A stretch of 64,000 nucleotides of DNA from assembly GCF_006345805.1 (NCBI RefSeq), contig NC_043006.1, forward strand, positions 5,642,001 through 5,706,000, in the 5' to 3' direction. The translations under genes and the position numbers were made by a program. The DNA comes from Octopus sinensis. Taxonomy: Eukaryota. Shown here piece by piece: positions 37,561 to 50,882 of the stretch (position 1 is its first letter; each line of letters begins with the position of its first letter). The notes under the pieces are model-generated. The model was not told where the DNA came from. It saw only the letters and a list, made by a program, of their open reading frames with translations, and made no database searches.

Positions 37561-40504
37561 TGAGTGTAGTGGGTGCTTTTTACGTGCCACCAGTACAGGT
37601 GCCAGGCGAGGCTGGCAACGGCCACGATCGGTTGGTGCCTTTTACGTGCCACCAGCACGGAGTCCAGTCGAGGTGGCGCTGACATCTTCACGTTCGGATG
37701 GTGCTTTTTACGTGCCACTGGCACTGGTATCCGTTAGTATAATTGATATCACAAGTTACTTGCGATGACTAAGTAACAGAAAGTTTATGTTTTTGCTGAA
37801 AAGCCTTCAAGATAACGAGAATACATCAAGAGAGAGAGAGTAAAAGTTATTAGTCATCAAAAAGAAAAAAAAATAAATGTAATATTCCTTTAGTTGCTTA
37901 ATGGTCTAGTCATTAAATGTGTAACATGAACTCATTTCCACATTAGAATTTGCCCTGCCTAAAAAGCAGTATTAAAGCAGGTATTGTCAAGTATTTGTAT
38001 CATACAGTTGTGGTGGTCAAGTGATATTTCAAGGAAATGACTAACCAAAGATAGTGTTTTGATGCCTTTTTTTATTTTTTTATGAAATCATGTCATACCA
38101 AAAATATTTTGTAAAAAAATACAAAAATGGCGACACTGGTTATGACCTCCATTTTATGAGTTTATCTCGGTAATTAATATTATTTGCAAGTGAGAGACTT
38201 TTCTGATGTTAAAAAGAGCAACTGAAATGACCCTCATTCTTTATTGGCCAACACCCAAGTGATAAGATTGAACAATAATCATAACTAAATGCTATCTCAG
38301 CTGAGGAAAGTCAGACATCAGGTTTAGTATAAAAGCATACAACACTCAATTGTTTCATTGGATTATGATTAGAGAAGTGTATTATCAGTAATTGCATTTA
38401 TACCTCATATCTTTAATGAGCAGATAACTACGAAGCAGGTAAAACAGGTAAAAGTCAATGGTCATTAAAAAAATGTTGCTCAATAAACTGAGACACCATT
38501 TAATTAATTTGTTATATTTCTTGAGAAATGTGACATAAAACCAAGAGAGCAAAGAAAAATTAATTGCATCATCGTTTAACGTCCGCTTTCCATGCTAGCA
38601 TGGGTTGGACGTATGACTGAGGGCTGGCTGCACCAGGCTTCAATCTTGATCTGGCAGAGTTTCTACAGCTGGATGCCCTTCCTAGTGCCAAACGTTATAT
38701 CAGTAGAAAAGGCGTAGGTAGAAACTCTATAAGATGCACCAAGTGTAAGCTATGGACACATAAGAGGTGCAGCAATATCAAAGGAAGGCAAACTGGGAAG
38801 ATAGTTTTTGAATGTGGCAGATGCTCAGGAGCAATAAACACTGAAAATGTGCAGAGAACGACTTCCGCCACATTCATCATCATCATCATCATCGTTTAAC
38901 GTCCGTTCTCCATGCTAGCATGGGTTGGACGGTTCGACCGGGGATCTGGGAAGCCAGAAGGCTGCACCACGCTCCGGTCTTATCTGGCAAAGTTTCTACA
39001 GCTGGATGCCCTTCCTAACGCCAACCACTCCATGAGTGTAGTGGGTGCTTTTTACGTGCCACCAGTACAGGTGCCAGGCGAGGCTGGCAACGGCCACGAT
39101 CGGTTGGTGCCTTTTACGTGCACCAGCACGGAGTCCAGTCGAGGTGGCGCTGACATCTTCACGTTCGGATGGTGCTTTTTACGTGCCACTGGCACTGGTA
39201 TCCGTTAGTATAATTGATATCACAAGTTACTTGCGATGACTAAGTAACAGAAAGTTTATGTTTTTGCTGAAAAGCCTTCAAGATAACGAGAATACATCAA
39301 GAGAGAGAGAGTAAAAGTTATTAGTCATCAAAAAGAAAAAAAAATAAATGTAATATTCCTTTAGTTGCTTAATGGTCTAGTCATTAAATGTGTAACATGA
39401 ACTCATTTCCACATTAGAATTTGCCCTGCCTAAAAAGCAGTATTAAAGCAGGTATTGTCAAGTATTTGTATCATACAGTTGTGGTGGTCAAGTGGTATTT
39501 CAAGGAAATGACTAACCAAAGATAGTGTTTTGATGCCTTTTTTTAATTTTTTTATGAAATCATGTCATACCAAAAATATTTTGTAAAAAAATACAAAAAT
39601 GGCGACACTGGTTATGACCTCCATTTTATGAGTTTATCTCGGTAATTAATATTATTTGCAAGTGAGAGACTTTTCTGATGTTAAAAAGAGCAACTGAAAT
39701 GACCCTCATTCTTTATTGGCCAACACCCAAGTGATAAGATTGAACAATAATCATAACTAAATGCTATCTCAGCTGAGGAAAGTCAGACATCAGGTTTAGT
39801 ATAAAAGCATACAACACTCAATTGTTTCATTGGATTATGATTAGAGAAGTGTATTATCAGTAATTGCATTTATACCTCATATCTTTAATGAGCAGATAAC
39901 TACGAAGCAGGTAAAACAGGTAAAAGTCAATGGTCATTAAAAAAATGTTGCTCAATAAACTGAGACACCATTTAATTAATTTGTTATATTTCTTGAGAAA
40001 TGTGACATAAAACCAAGAGAGCAAAGAAAAATTAATTGCATCATCGTTTAACGTCCGCTTTCCATGCTAGCATGGGTTGGACGTATGACTGAGGGCTGGC
40101 TGCACCAGGCTTCAATCTTGATCTGGCAGAGTTTCTACAGCTGGATGCCCTTCCTAGTGCCAAACGTTATATCAGTAGAAAAGGCGTAGGTAGAAACTCT
40201 ATAAGATGCACCAAGTGTAAGCTATGGACACATAAGAGGTGCAGCAATATCAAAGGAAGGCAAACTGGGAAGATAGTTTTTGAATGTGGCAGATGCTCAG
40301 GAGCAATAAACACTGAAAATGTGCAGAGAACGACTTCCGCCACATTCATCATCATCATCATCATCGTTTAACGTCCATTCTCCATGCTAGCATGGGTTGG
40401 ACGGTTCGACCGGGGATCTGGGAAGCCAGAAGGCTGCACCAGGCTCCGGTCTTATCTGGCAAAGTTTCTACAGCTGGATGCCCTTCCTAACGCCAACCAC
40501 TCCA
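37561..40504. repeat. Tandem duplication of a 1,472-bp unit (37561-39032 and 39033-40504)
   Basis: About 5-6 differences by eye; bounded by Meta-like elements at 37402-37727, 38875-39198 and 40346-40727. Confidence 0.95.
38699..38875 (+). mobile_element. RTE-type LINE fragment encoding a PHD-like zinc finger (second copy 40171-40347)
   Basis: My translation: ISRKGVGRNSIRCTKCKLWTHKRCSNIKGRQTGKIVFECGRC. Confidence 0.72.
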
Positions 40505-41154
40505 TGAGTGTAGTGGGTGCTTTTTACATGCCACCTGCACTGGTGCCAGGTGAGGCTGGCATCGGCCACGGTCGGATTGGTGCATTTTACGTGCCACCTG
40601 CACAGAAGCCAGTCGAGGCGGCACTGGCTTCGGCCACGATTTGGATGGTGTTTTTATGTGCCACTGACATGGAAGCCAGTTGAGGCAGCACTGGCAACGG
40701 CCACAGTTCGGATAGTGCTTTTTACGTACTATCACTATCCGAATCCAGGGAGAAAAACTTGCTTGACGAACTTTTGGGGTCAGATGGTGATGATTGTAGC
40801 AATTTTGAAGGATTAAATGTTTGAAACATATCTAAATAACAAAGTGTATGTGGTATGTTTAATTTTTTGTATTTTTATCAAAATTGGTAATCTTGGTTTA
40901 ACATATTTTGTAATACTCTTTATTAAAATTGATAATCTTAGTGAGAAATAAAAGGTTTTCTGTGGATTGTAAATTTTTAGATAATGGCAGTTCTATTACA
41001 TTATTAGTGTCGTATATTAATGTGAATTGTTTTAAATACAAGTACTTACAGCGGTAGTTACTGCACAGAGACTGTCGTCAGTATTAAATTAAGATTAGAC
41101 CTGGTTTTCTGTACAAATAGACCACAAGATGTAAAGTTCGCTTTTTGTTACTGT

Positions 41155-41228
41155 TATATAAGATGACCCTCAGTTTTGGTGTGATTTTTCGGCTCTAAAA
41201 GGTCATCTTATACACCGAAATGTACAGC
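41155..41228. mobile_element. Possible decayed end of a Tc2/pogo-like element
   Basis: TATAAGATGACC...GGTCATCTTATA inverted pair followed by CACCGAAATGTACAG. Confidence 0.4.
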
Positions 41229-41235
41229 ATATATA

Positions 41236-41593
41236 CTTTTTTGTAGTTTCAGCTCAGAGCTGTGGCCATGCTGGGGCACCGCCATTTTGCTATACTGTTA
41301 TTATTGAGAGCCACCTCTAATATGTAGTATTTGGTGAATAAGGGAGTTTGATGTTACTACCCTCATTTGCACCTCTTGCCACGAGGTAGGTTCATCTGGG
41401 ACTTTCGACATGAAAAGATCCAGTTTTTATTTGAAAACAACTACATAGGCGCAGGTGTGGCTGTGTGGTAAGTAGCTTGTTCCGGGTTCAGTCCCACTGC
41501 GTGGCACCTTGGGCAAGTGTCTTCTACTATAGCCTTGGGCCGACCAAAGCCTTGTGAGTGGATTTGATAGACGGAAACTGAAAGAAGCCCGTC

Positions 41594-41630
<37 letters not shown>

Positions 41631-42021
41631 TATGTGTGCTTGTGTGTCTGTGTTTGTCCCCCTAGCATTGATTCACAACTGATGCTGGTGTGTTTACGTC
41701 CCCGTTACTTAGCGGTTCGGCAAAAGAACCGATAGAATAAGTACTGAGCTTACAAAAGAATAAGTCCCGGGGTCGAGTTGCTCGATTAAAGGCAGTGCTC
41801 CAGCATGGCCACAGTCAAATGACTGAAACAAGTAAAAGAGTAAAGAGTACATCCACTTTGTGTAGGTCCCTCAGGCTCTTTGGGAGAACATTAAAAAGCT
41901 GTGCATCCCTGAATCCCAGGCTATTGCAGTAACTGGTCCTGAAGCATGATGGCATTGCTGGGGTCTTTGGCACTGTACAATGTCATACCGTTCTGGCATT
42001 TGTGTAGCTTACAATGCCAAA
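41236..42021 (-). mobile_element. 3' end of a CR1/L2-group LINE, interrupted by a CORE-like SINE
   Basis: Translation after removing the SINE and one TACAT copy: NSLGFRDAQLFNVLPKSLRDLHKVDVVVFK*KLDLFMSKVPDEPT...SNSLIHQ. Confidence 0.85.
41447..41847 (+). mobile_element. CORE-like SINE with TACAT target-site duplication
   Basis: TACAT at 41442-41446 and 41848-41852. Confidence 0.92.
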
Positions 42022-42959
42022 TTACTGCATACCTATCCAGTCTTCACTCCAGGGAGTAGAGTCTTAGTGGTTTCAGCCTTTCCCAGTAGCTGAGCTGTTG
42101 CAATGAGATGATCTTCTTTGTGAAGCTTCACTGTTTTACATTGTTGGGTGACCGTAGATGGGTCTTATAAATTATATTTCTTAATACGACAGGCAGAAAG
42201 TAAATAATAAATTTTAATGGAAAATATAGTATTGTACGGGTTGAAGCAAAATTTGTCACTCAGTGAACCAAGGAACCAGTATGGAAGGAACCAGAGAGAA
42301 ACTGTCAACAACAGAAAAACAAAAAACGGTATGGATTGAAGTGAAATTAATGAAGATGCTTCTGTCAGTAAATTATGAAATTACTTACATCAGTAATTGT
42401 AAACTTCTTTCTGTCAGTAATTTGTTGTTTGTTTGTAAATAGCGATTCAAAACTTAGACTTAAAGTGAAAACAATAACATGAAAGTGAGTCAATGGCGCA
42501 TGAAAAGAATAGCATCTGAAAAATGAAAATGAAAACAAGAGATCATCATCATCATCATCGTTTAACGTCCGTTTCCGTGCTAGCACGGGTTGGACGGTTC
42601 GACCGGGGTCTGGGAAGCCCAGGCCTGCACCAGGCTCCAGCCCCTATATAGATACATAAAGAGATGTTACATTACGGATGGTAGAAAACCAAAAGTAAAT
42701 ATTTAAAAATCTTTGAAAAACATGAATGTAATATAAAAAGCGAAATTTTTTATTTTGAAAAAAATTTTAATAAAAATATCAAATGAAGTCCCTATTATAT
42801 GTCCAAGGTCAAATTATTCAAGCATCAGAAGTATGGAAGTTTTTGCCTTAAAAGTGAATGTGCACACATCTCTATTTTATATAATATAACATATATATAG
42901 GCACGTGCACACACACATATACATACACACATTCACACACACACATATATATATATATA

Positions 42960-43246
42960 TCACCGTGACCGACCATGCTATCAGATGTTGTTACACATCG
43001 CTGGTCACAATGCGCTTCACAAATGACGCCACCCCGCTGGCTAAGCGAGCAGGCCAACAGAAGAAAGAGTGAGAGAAAGTTGTGGCGAAAGAGTACAGCA
43101 GGGATTGCCACCACCACTCCCTGCCGGAGCCGTGGAGCTTTGGATGTTTTCCCTCAATAAACACTCACAACGCCCGGTCTTGGAATTGAAACCGTGATCC
43201 TACAACCGCGAGTCCGCTGTCATAACCACTGGGCCATTGCACCTCC
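42960..43246 (-). mobile_element. tRNA-derived SINE, tail C
   Basis: Matches 21090-21391. Confidence 0.87.
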
Positions 43247-43394
43247 ACACACACACATATATAGCCGAAATTGCTAAGATGATCCGGTTCCGACTGAAGA
43301 TTAGAGGCTTCGAGTGACCCGTCTGTTTTTTTGTGTCGTCTCTTTGTGTGTTTTTGCGTTCTTGTCCCACTTTGTAATTTATATTTTATATTTA

Positions 43395-43455
<61 letters not shown>

Positions 43456-44408
43456 TTCACACATATATATATATATATGGCATTTAAAAGCAGCAACTAT
43501 AGCATTACAATGTTAAAAAGCAGAAAGAGTAAACCTGATCAAAGTATGTATAGCATTCTATAACTACATCATGGACTCAAAACAGATGCTGTAATTCTCT
43601 TTTATTTAACTTTTATGTCAATTACTTATTCTACTTTATCAAGTTCACATTTCAACACAAGCGTTCTTCTTTACAATTACAGTTGAAAACCTACTTAAGA
43701 TTTTGCTCCAGTCTTTGCTTGAAGGGATGGAGATTTGACATCATGTAAAAGCAGTAATAACCCCCACTGCCCTCGCCCTGCCTCGAATCTGTTCTCTTCA
43801 CCAAATGACTCATATCTTTCTCTGGATACTTAAACTGTGTCAGAATTGTTTTCTTTTTGTTGCAAACCTATTCAGAAAATAAAGCATTCCATTATTTTTT
43901 AATGTAGATTTCTGTAAATTAAAAATAAACTTACATAATTAATTATGTCATGCTCTTTGCTTGGTCTTAGTACAGCTATAGCTTAAACAATAAGCACTTT
44001 GAAATATAAGATATCTGCTATTTATTTTAGGCTGACTAACATCTCAATTTACCTGTTTCCACATTCTGTAAAATGGTCTTATTTTGCCCTAGTTCCCTTC
44101 TCACTTCTTTCTTTCTTGTCTGTGCCGTACTTCTTCCTACATATTCTTCCTGTGTCACATTGTACATTTTTTTCCCATGACCATGTTCTGTCACAACTTG
44201 AGTATTCTCCTCTATCATCTATCTGACCCTTTTTCTTCCCCTACCACTTGCTATTTTTACATCAACCATTTCAGTGCTAGAACTAGCAATATGGTTTACC
44301 AAATTCTTGAACCAAGTCCTACATATTAGAACACTATTCTTTACTTTAACTGGAAAAGAATCTATTTTATGGGAAGATGAAGTGAAGTGAGTCAAGTTTC
44401 ATGTAACT

Positions 44409-44730
44409 GTAACATATATCTTCAATCCCAGAGCTACGATGTAGATCCCATTATATTCTATGAATATTAATGCTGCCATATAGTCAGGTCTATGGTAATC
44501 AATATTGCCAAATCATTAGGTTATCAGTTAATAATTTAACATTAGCTAAGTAACATATATCTGTAACATATCTTTAATTTCAGTACTATCATATAGATTT
44601 CAATAATGTTATTTGATGATTAATACAACCTTATATCAACTGTAGGTTAGCTGAGTAACATATATCTTCGATTTCAATTCTGTGATGTAGATTTCATAAT
44701 GTTGCTTCATGCTGCCATCTAGTTAGGTCA
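44409..44730. repeat. Degenerate direct repeats, about 3 copies
   Basis: GTAACATATATCT...TAGAT...ATGCTGCCAT recurs. Confidence 0.55.
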
Positions 44731-45644
44731 CCATTCAACATTAATAGAAGCGAGCAGTGTTTTCTCAAAGACCTCATACAATAACTTGAGCAGAATAAAG
44801 AATTCTGATTCTTATGTTGACCGTTCAGTGTTTATGCACTGTTGTCTCTAAGACTAGCATGAATAATCTGTTATAAGGATGTTCCAAATTTAATCTTGTT
44901 CTGTAAATAAAAGATAATAGCACTTTTAAGTTTTTCTCTATAGATTTTCTATGGAATTCAGAGCCAGCACTACAAGTTATGACCTCTTGTATACAAATAT
45001 GTCTGTGAAAACAATGTGATTGAAGATAGAAAAAAAATATAATGGGTGTATATACATATTTTAAAAGTTATTGCTCTTTCATCAGCACCACATCCAACCT
45101 GTCGACTATCTATGAATGCATTTCTTAAATACTTACTAAGCTTAGCAATTTAACACAACTGGATAGACCAATTTACATATTAAACACACTCTCGATAACT
45201 GGTATATATGTAAGCAATTAAAAGCTAGTTAGATATTAAATGATATTGCTGATGTTGTTAAGTATGTTATGTCAATTATTTCTGTTAAAATTAGGATAGA
45301 GTGGCTGAAAATGTAGAACACTAGGCTAAATTCCTTTCAAATTTTTAATTCATTCTGCTACAGTGAGTGTAGTTTTCGGTATGTTCTACATACTCTCTTG
45401 TTAGAGTTGGTGAAGCAACATACAAGTACTGGAGGTCATTTTAGTTAGTTTAGCATATTTTTAAAAAGTGTCCTAAAGATCACCATTCTGTTGGAATTCT
45501 TTGTCATATTGAATCATGAGAGAATAGCACAATAATATTCACTGTTCAACTAAGTCCTAAGCCATAAACATGAATCATGATCCTGCTTTATTTGTATTTA
45601 GAATTTGGCATAATATCGTACAAAGATGCATGTATTTCGAGTTC

Positions 45645-45882
45645 ATAAAAAAAGCACCGACCGATCGTGGCCGTTGCCAACCTCCTCTGGCCCCTGTGCC
45701 GGTGGCACATAAAAAGCACCCACTACACTCACGGAGTGGTTGGCATTAGGAAGGGCATCCAGCTGTAGAAACACTGCCAGATCAGACTGGAGCCTGGTGC
45801 AGCATCCATGGCTTACCAGACCCTGGTCGAACCGTCCAACCCATGCTAGCATGGAAAACAGACGTTAAACGATGATGATGAT
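45645..45882 (+). mobile_element. Meta-like (GAT)n-tailed retroposon
   Basis: Family motifs and GAT tail. Confidence 0.87.
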
Positions 45883-46328
45883 GTTCTATATGAAATAGAT
45901 TTAAAAAGAACTGGATCAAGAGGTATCGCCATTGATTTCAGATGTCCTTCCTCAAGTAACATAGCTATCTTGTGTGGAAACTCTTAGTCTTTCTATTTCA
46001 TGGAGAAATAAATTTGTAATTTAGAAATAAATCCTGCCAAATCAGGATAATTTATAATGCATAATACCAATGCTTTAGATTACTATTTTCTAAGTGAAAA
46101 CAATAGATTGAGTGAAATTTTAAAATGTTAATACCTGCAATGGTCAGCTTTAGTTTCATGTGTTACTGAAATATGTTCACATGTTCACTTTGTAATTATC
46201 AAGTTCTTAGCTGGATTCATGTGTGTGGTGCATTGGGTAAATGACTCACTTCAGGTGGACCAATACTTTGTTCATAGAATTTAGTCAAAGGAAACTATGT
46301 AAGTGCTATATATATATATAGATAGATA

Positions 46329-46546
46329 GATAGGTTTAAGAGACAGAACCATCTTCAAGCAACCCAATCAACATTGAACGACATTATCATGAAATGCACG
46401 TAGTCTATATAATTTAATATAGGATTCAGAATAAAAATTGTAGATGTTAGTTTTGATAAAATTTAATCTTATATATCTCTATCATAGATAATGTCATTCA
46501 ATGTTGATTGAGCTGCTTGAAGGTAATTCTGTCTCTTAAACCTATC
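46329..46546. repeat. 60-bp inverted repeat around a 98-bp AT-rich spacer, in TA context (MITE-like)
   Basis: 46329-46388 against 46487-46546. Confidence 0.8.
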
Positions 46547-46902
46547 GATATATGTATATAATACAGTAATTCATTTTAGTACCACTCAATTGAATTTCTC
46601 TCCCCTGTGGACCCAGAAATAACCTCCCTAATATTAATAATTATATATATATAATCATTGTACATCGTATTTTCCATGTCATGGGTTGAATGGTTTGACA
46701 GGATCCAATGGGTTGGAGGTCCACATCTTGCTCTAATGTCTTTTCTCATGGATTCCATGCTGGTGGGGGGGGGCTTCTCAAAACTAGCCACTTTCGAGTG
46801 TACTGAGTGCATTTAATTGTGGGGCCAGCGCAGTAGAGGTTGCCTTAACATCAACTATACTAAAGAGCCTTCTTAATCCCAGCATCACAACTGAAGTCAA
46901 TT

Positions 46903-47130
46903 ACCTATTTCTTTACTACCCACAAGAGGCTAAACACAGAGGGGACAAACAAGGACAGACAAAGTGATGAAGTCGATTACATCGACCCCAGTTCGTAACT
47001 GGTACTTATTTAATCGACCCCGAAAGGATGAAAGGCAAAGTCGACCTCGGCAGAATTTGAACTCAGAACGTAGCAGTAGACGAAATACTGCTAACCATTT
47101 CACCCGGCATGCTAACATTTCTGCCAGCTC
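46903..47130 (-). mobile_element. Nin/Deu-like SINE
   Basis: Family match. Confidence 0.88.
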
Positions 47131-47766
47131 AGGGTGTACTGAGGCTTTATCACAGTTCTCTGACTGTTTACAGCAGAGTTTTTTTTTTTTTTAAATTGAC
47201 AAAAATGGATAACTACTAAACTGAATAAATACCAGATTCAATATGTTTGCTTAAAAATCCTTGAAGGTAATAGCATCAAGTATGGTCACATTCCATTGAA
47301 AGAATTAAAAGCAAAATAAAATAAACACTAAACTCTGACTAGTAACATTTTTAGATCTGACACCTAAATGGTAAACTTCATGGTTTTAACCATCGTCATA
47401 GCAATAGAATAAAACCTTAGCAGTAGAGTTCAACTTGAAGAATTATTTTGCAAAGCATTCAGCTATTTTGATGAACTTATATTAAAAAACATTGTTCTGA
47501 TCAATCAAAACTCTTACATGTACGAATGATGGTGTTCCGACTGCAAAGAATATTTATGCTATTGATATTAATGGAGAACGGCAAGATGTGTTTGTGGTTA
47601 TAAAACAGAACTTGGCATGGCAACATTTGGCAACGCACCAACTCAATCGAAGTCTGCAGCTCTGTCAGTATAGAATACTATTTATCTTCAAACCTAAAAT
47701 GGAAACAGAGGAAAAATATATAAATGAAGAGTGTAGTATTAATAAAGCCCATACGTATGAGAAAGA

Positions 47767-47818
<52 letters not shown>

Positions 47819-49257
47819 GTGCATGTGTGTATATACATACATACACACGCACACATGCACACATTTTTGATTTGGTTTGCAAAATTCTTTATATGTGAAT
47901 TCGTATGTTGAAGCAAATCTTGTCTAGGGAGGGTCATTATGCCAATAAAAATTCAAATAAACACACACACTGGTTCAATACCACTTTATTTTACCAACTC
48001 AAAGTTTGCTTATACATTTTATTATTTAAATATGTGCATACATACATACATACATACATACGTACGTACGTACGAACGTATGTATGTATGTATATATATA
48101 TATATGTTGCCATGATAGATCGGTAGCCACTACACACATTTTTTTCTCTCCTTGTTTCTTTCTGTGTTCCTTTCTGTAGAAGAACATAGGCTCGAAATGC
48201 TAAAGATTTTTTCAATTCCCAAGCATTATACTAATACATCTGTTTGTTTTCTACACCACCTGTCTTCGTCTTTTGTTTTTTTCGTGAATTCTCTACATGC
48301 ATGCATACATACATACATACATATCAACCTAGTCTAATGTTTTTTTATTTAGAATTTTTACTAATTGTAAATAATAAAATGTATAAATCCGACTCGGTTG
48401 GAATTTCATTCATTAATAGATTCTATACACAAACTCATGTGTGTGTGTGTGTGTTGCTTTATATGTTGTAATACGTTGGTCTTTTAAAATAACCACACAA
48501 TCAATCATGTTAGTTGAAATTCTAATGAGTTATTCTGACAAATTTAGAGTTTCAAACGAGTAGGAAGTCTGGATTAATGAAGTGTTTGTTTTACTAATCT
48601 TCCTCAATCCTATAAAGATCCACAGGTACAACTACATGGTGACACACACACACACACACACACACACACAACACACACACACACACACACCCTTACTGAC
48701 TGTTTTTGAAGGGTAGTGTATAGATTAACATCATTTTGGTGTCCACTTATTTTATGCTTCCGTGGTTCAGATGGAATACTGTGAGGCAGATTTTCTGTGA
48801 CTCTTCTTACCTGTTTCAAAGCAAGGTAACATTTTCCTCACAGGGCTTGTTTTTTTTTGCGGGGAAGGTTAGAAATTAAAATGGTTTTATGATTGTTTCA
48901 CTCTTTTACGACTATCACATGATGTCAACACAAGGAGAGAAACATACACACACACACACACACAAGTAACAGGCTTCTTTCAGCTTTTGTCTACCAAAAT
49001 CCACTCATAAGGCATAGACTATAGTACAAGACACTTTCTCAAAGACCCATACAGTGAGACTGAACTCAAAACTACATGGTCAGGAAACAAACTTCATAAC
49101 TGCAAAAAAAAATTTAATAAAAAAGCCCCCCCCAAAAAATCATTTGCCTGACTTGTCAGAAAGCCATGAATGTCACCCACTCAGGGTGCCTTATAATTTG
49201 TCTTTCTGTTTAAATACGTTCACCAGTCTGTTCTTTAAAAAAATATTTTTCATCATA

Positions 49258-49555
49258 GGTGCAGGAGTAGCTGTGTGGTAAGTAGCTTGCTTACCAACCA
49301 CATGGTTCCGGGTTCAGTCCCACTGCATTGCACCTTGGGCAAGTGTCTTCTACTATAGCCTTGGGCCGATCAAAGTCTTGTGAGTGGATTTGGTAGACAG
49401 AAACTGAAAGAAGCCTGTCATGTATATATATATATATCACGTGATCACTTGACCGACCAGGCTATCAGATGTTGCTACACATCACTGATCACAATGCACT
49501 TTGCATTATTTTAGCCTTCGAATGACGCCACCCCACTGGCCAAGTGAGCAGGCCA

Positions 49556-49591
<36 letters not shown>

Positions 49592-49775
49592 TTATCCCCC
49601 TCAACATCGCTTGACAACCGATGCTGGTGTGTTTACATCCCTGTAACTTAGTGGTTTGGCAAAAGAGGCCGATAGAATAAGTACTAGGCATACAAAGAAT
49701 AAGTCCTGGGGTCGATTTGCGGTGCTCCAGCATGGCTGCAGTCAAATGACTGAAACAAGTAAAAGAGTAAAAGAA
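49258..49775 (+). mobile_element. CORE-like SINE with a tail-C fragment (49437-49556) in its TA tract
   Basis: Head, inserted fragment, tail. Confidence 0.88.
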
Positions 49776-50882
49776 TAAGATCAATAACAAGAAGAATTCA
49801 CCTAATTTTCGCAAACACTCAGACTGCATAGAGCTACAAGACTTCATTGCAAGAAATGGTATTTCATAAAAGCAAAGCAGATGTTCTGCATAGAATTCAG
49901 ATATCGTTTTCTATATGGCATTAGCAGCATCATAAAATGGTTATTGTCAAAAATCAACAACTTAAACATTTACTGCCGCTTCAAATAACTTTAGACTATG
50001 TGACATTCATGACTTACTCAATACAAGGAATATTTTTCCAATGAAAAATCACATTTGAAGTAAAAGGTATTAATTATTTTAACCACTGAGAGTTGATGGC
50101 AGATTGCCAATTATTGTAGAATGCTGCTTCTCTTTCCATTATAATCTTGTATAAGGCCAGCATATTGACCACAAAATAACATACTTTAGGGAATTTTTAG
50201 TTATTTAATGGAATAATATTGATTGTTAGCAGGAACAACTGACAGACTTCTTTCTCTATGATCAGGAATTATACTTCAAACAAAACACTGGACTTGAGTG
50301 AAAAGTAGGGAGTATTTAGATTCATCCATCTACATCCCAAGTTCAAATACTATTGGAGTCAACATTCATTTTTTTTCCTTCCAAACTAATTATTTGATCT
50401 ACAGAAGATTATTCAATTTAACCTCTCCCTTAAAATTGGTTACTGAATTAAATAAACTAATATTGTGAGTGTCTGTCAATCAATGATTGATGGTATGTGT
50501 GAAAGAAGTATTAATGCATGATCAGTGTGATCAATTTCTTAAAATTAGTTTTAAATTTACAAAGCAAATTTTGGGTTTACTAAAACTTCATTATTGACAA
50601 TTATATTTATAATTCAACATATCTAAAAGCCAGTTTACACACACATACATATATGAACTATACTGGGAATGCAACATGATATGATGGATTTTACGTATGA
50701 ATGTTATTTATGGATTACTGAAGAAGAATAACTAAGGAAGTATATATGGATTTAAAGACTCTCATCAAAAGTAGTAATTTTAATTTTTATTTTATATTTA
50801 AAAAAAAACACCATTTTACAATTTTACTCCAAATTTTTTTTAAAAAACTATCATTCGATATATTATACAACATTCATATTTA

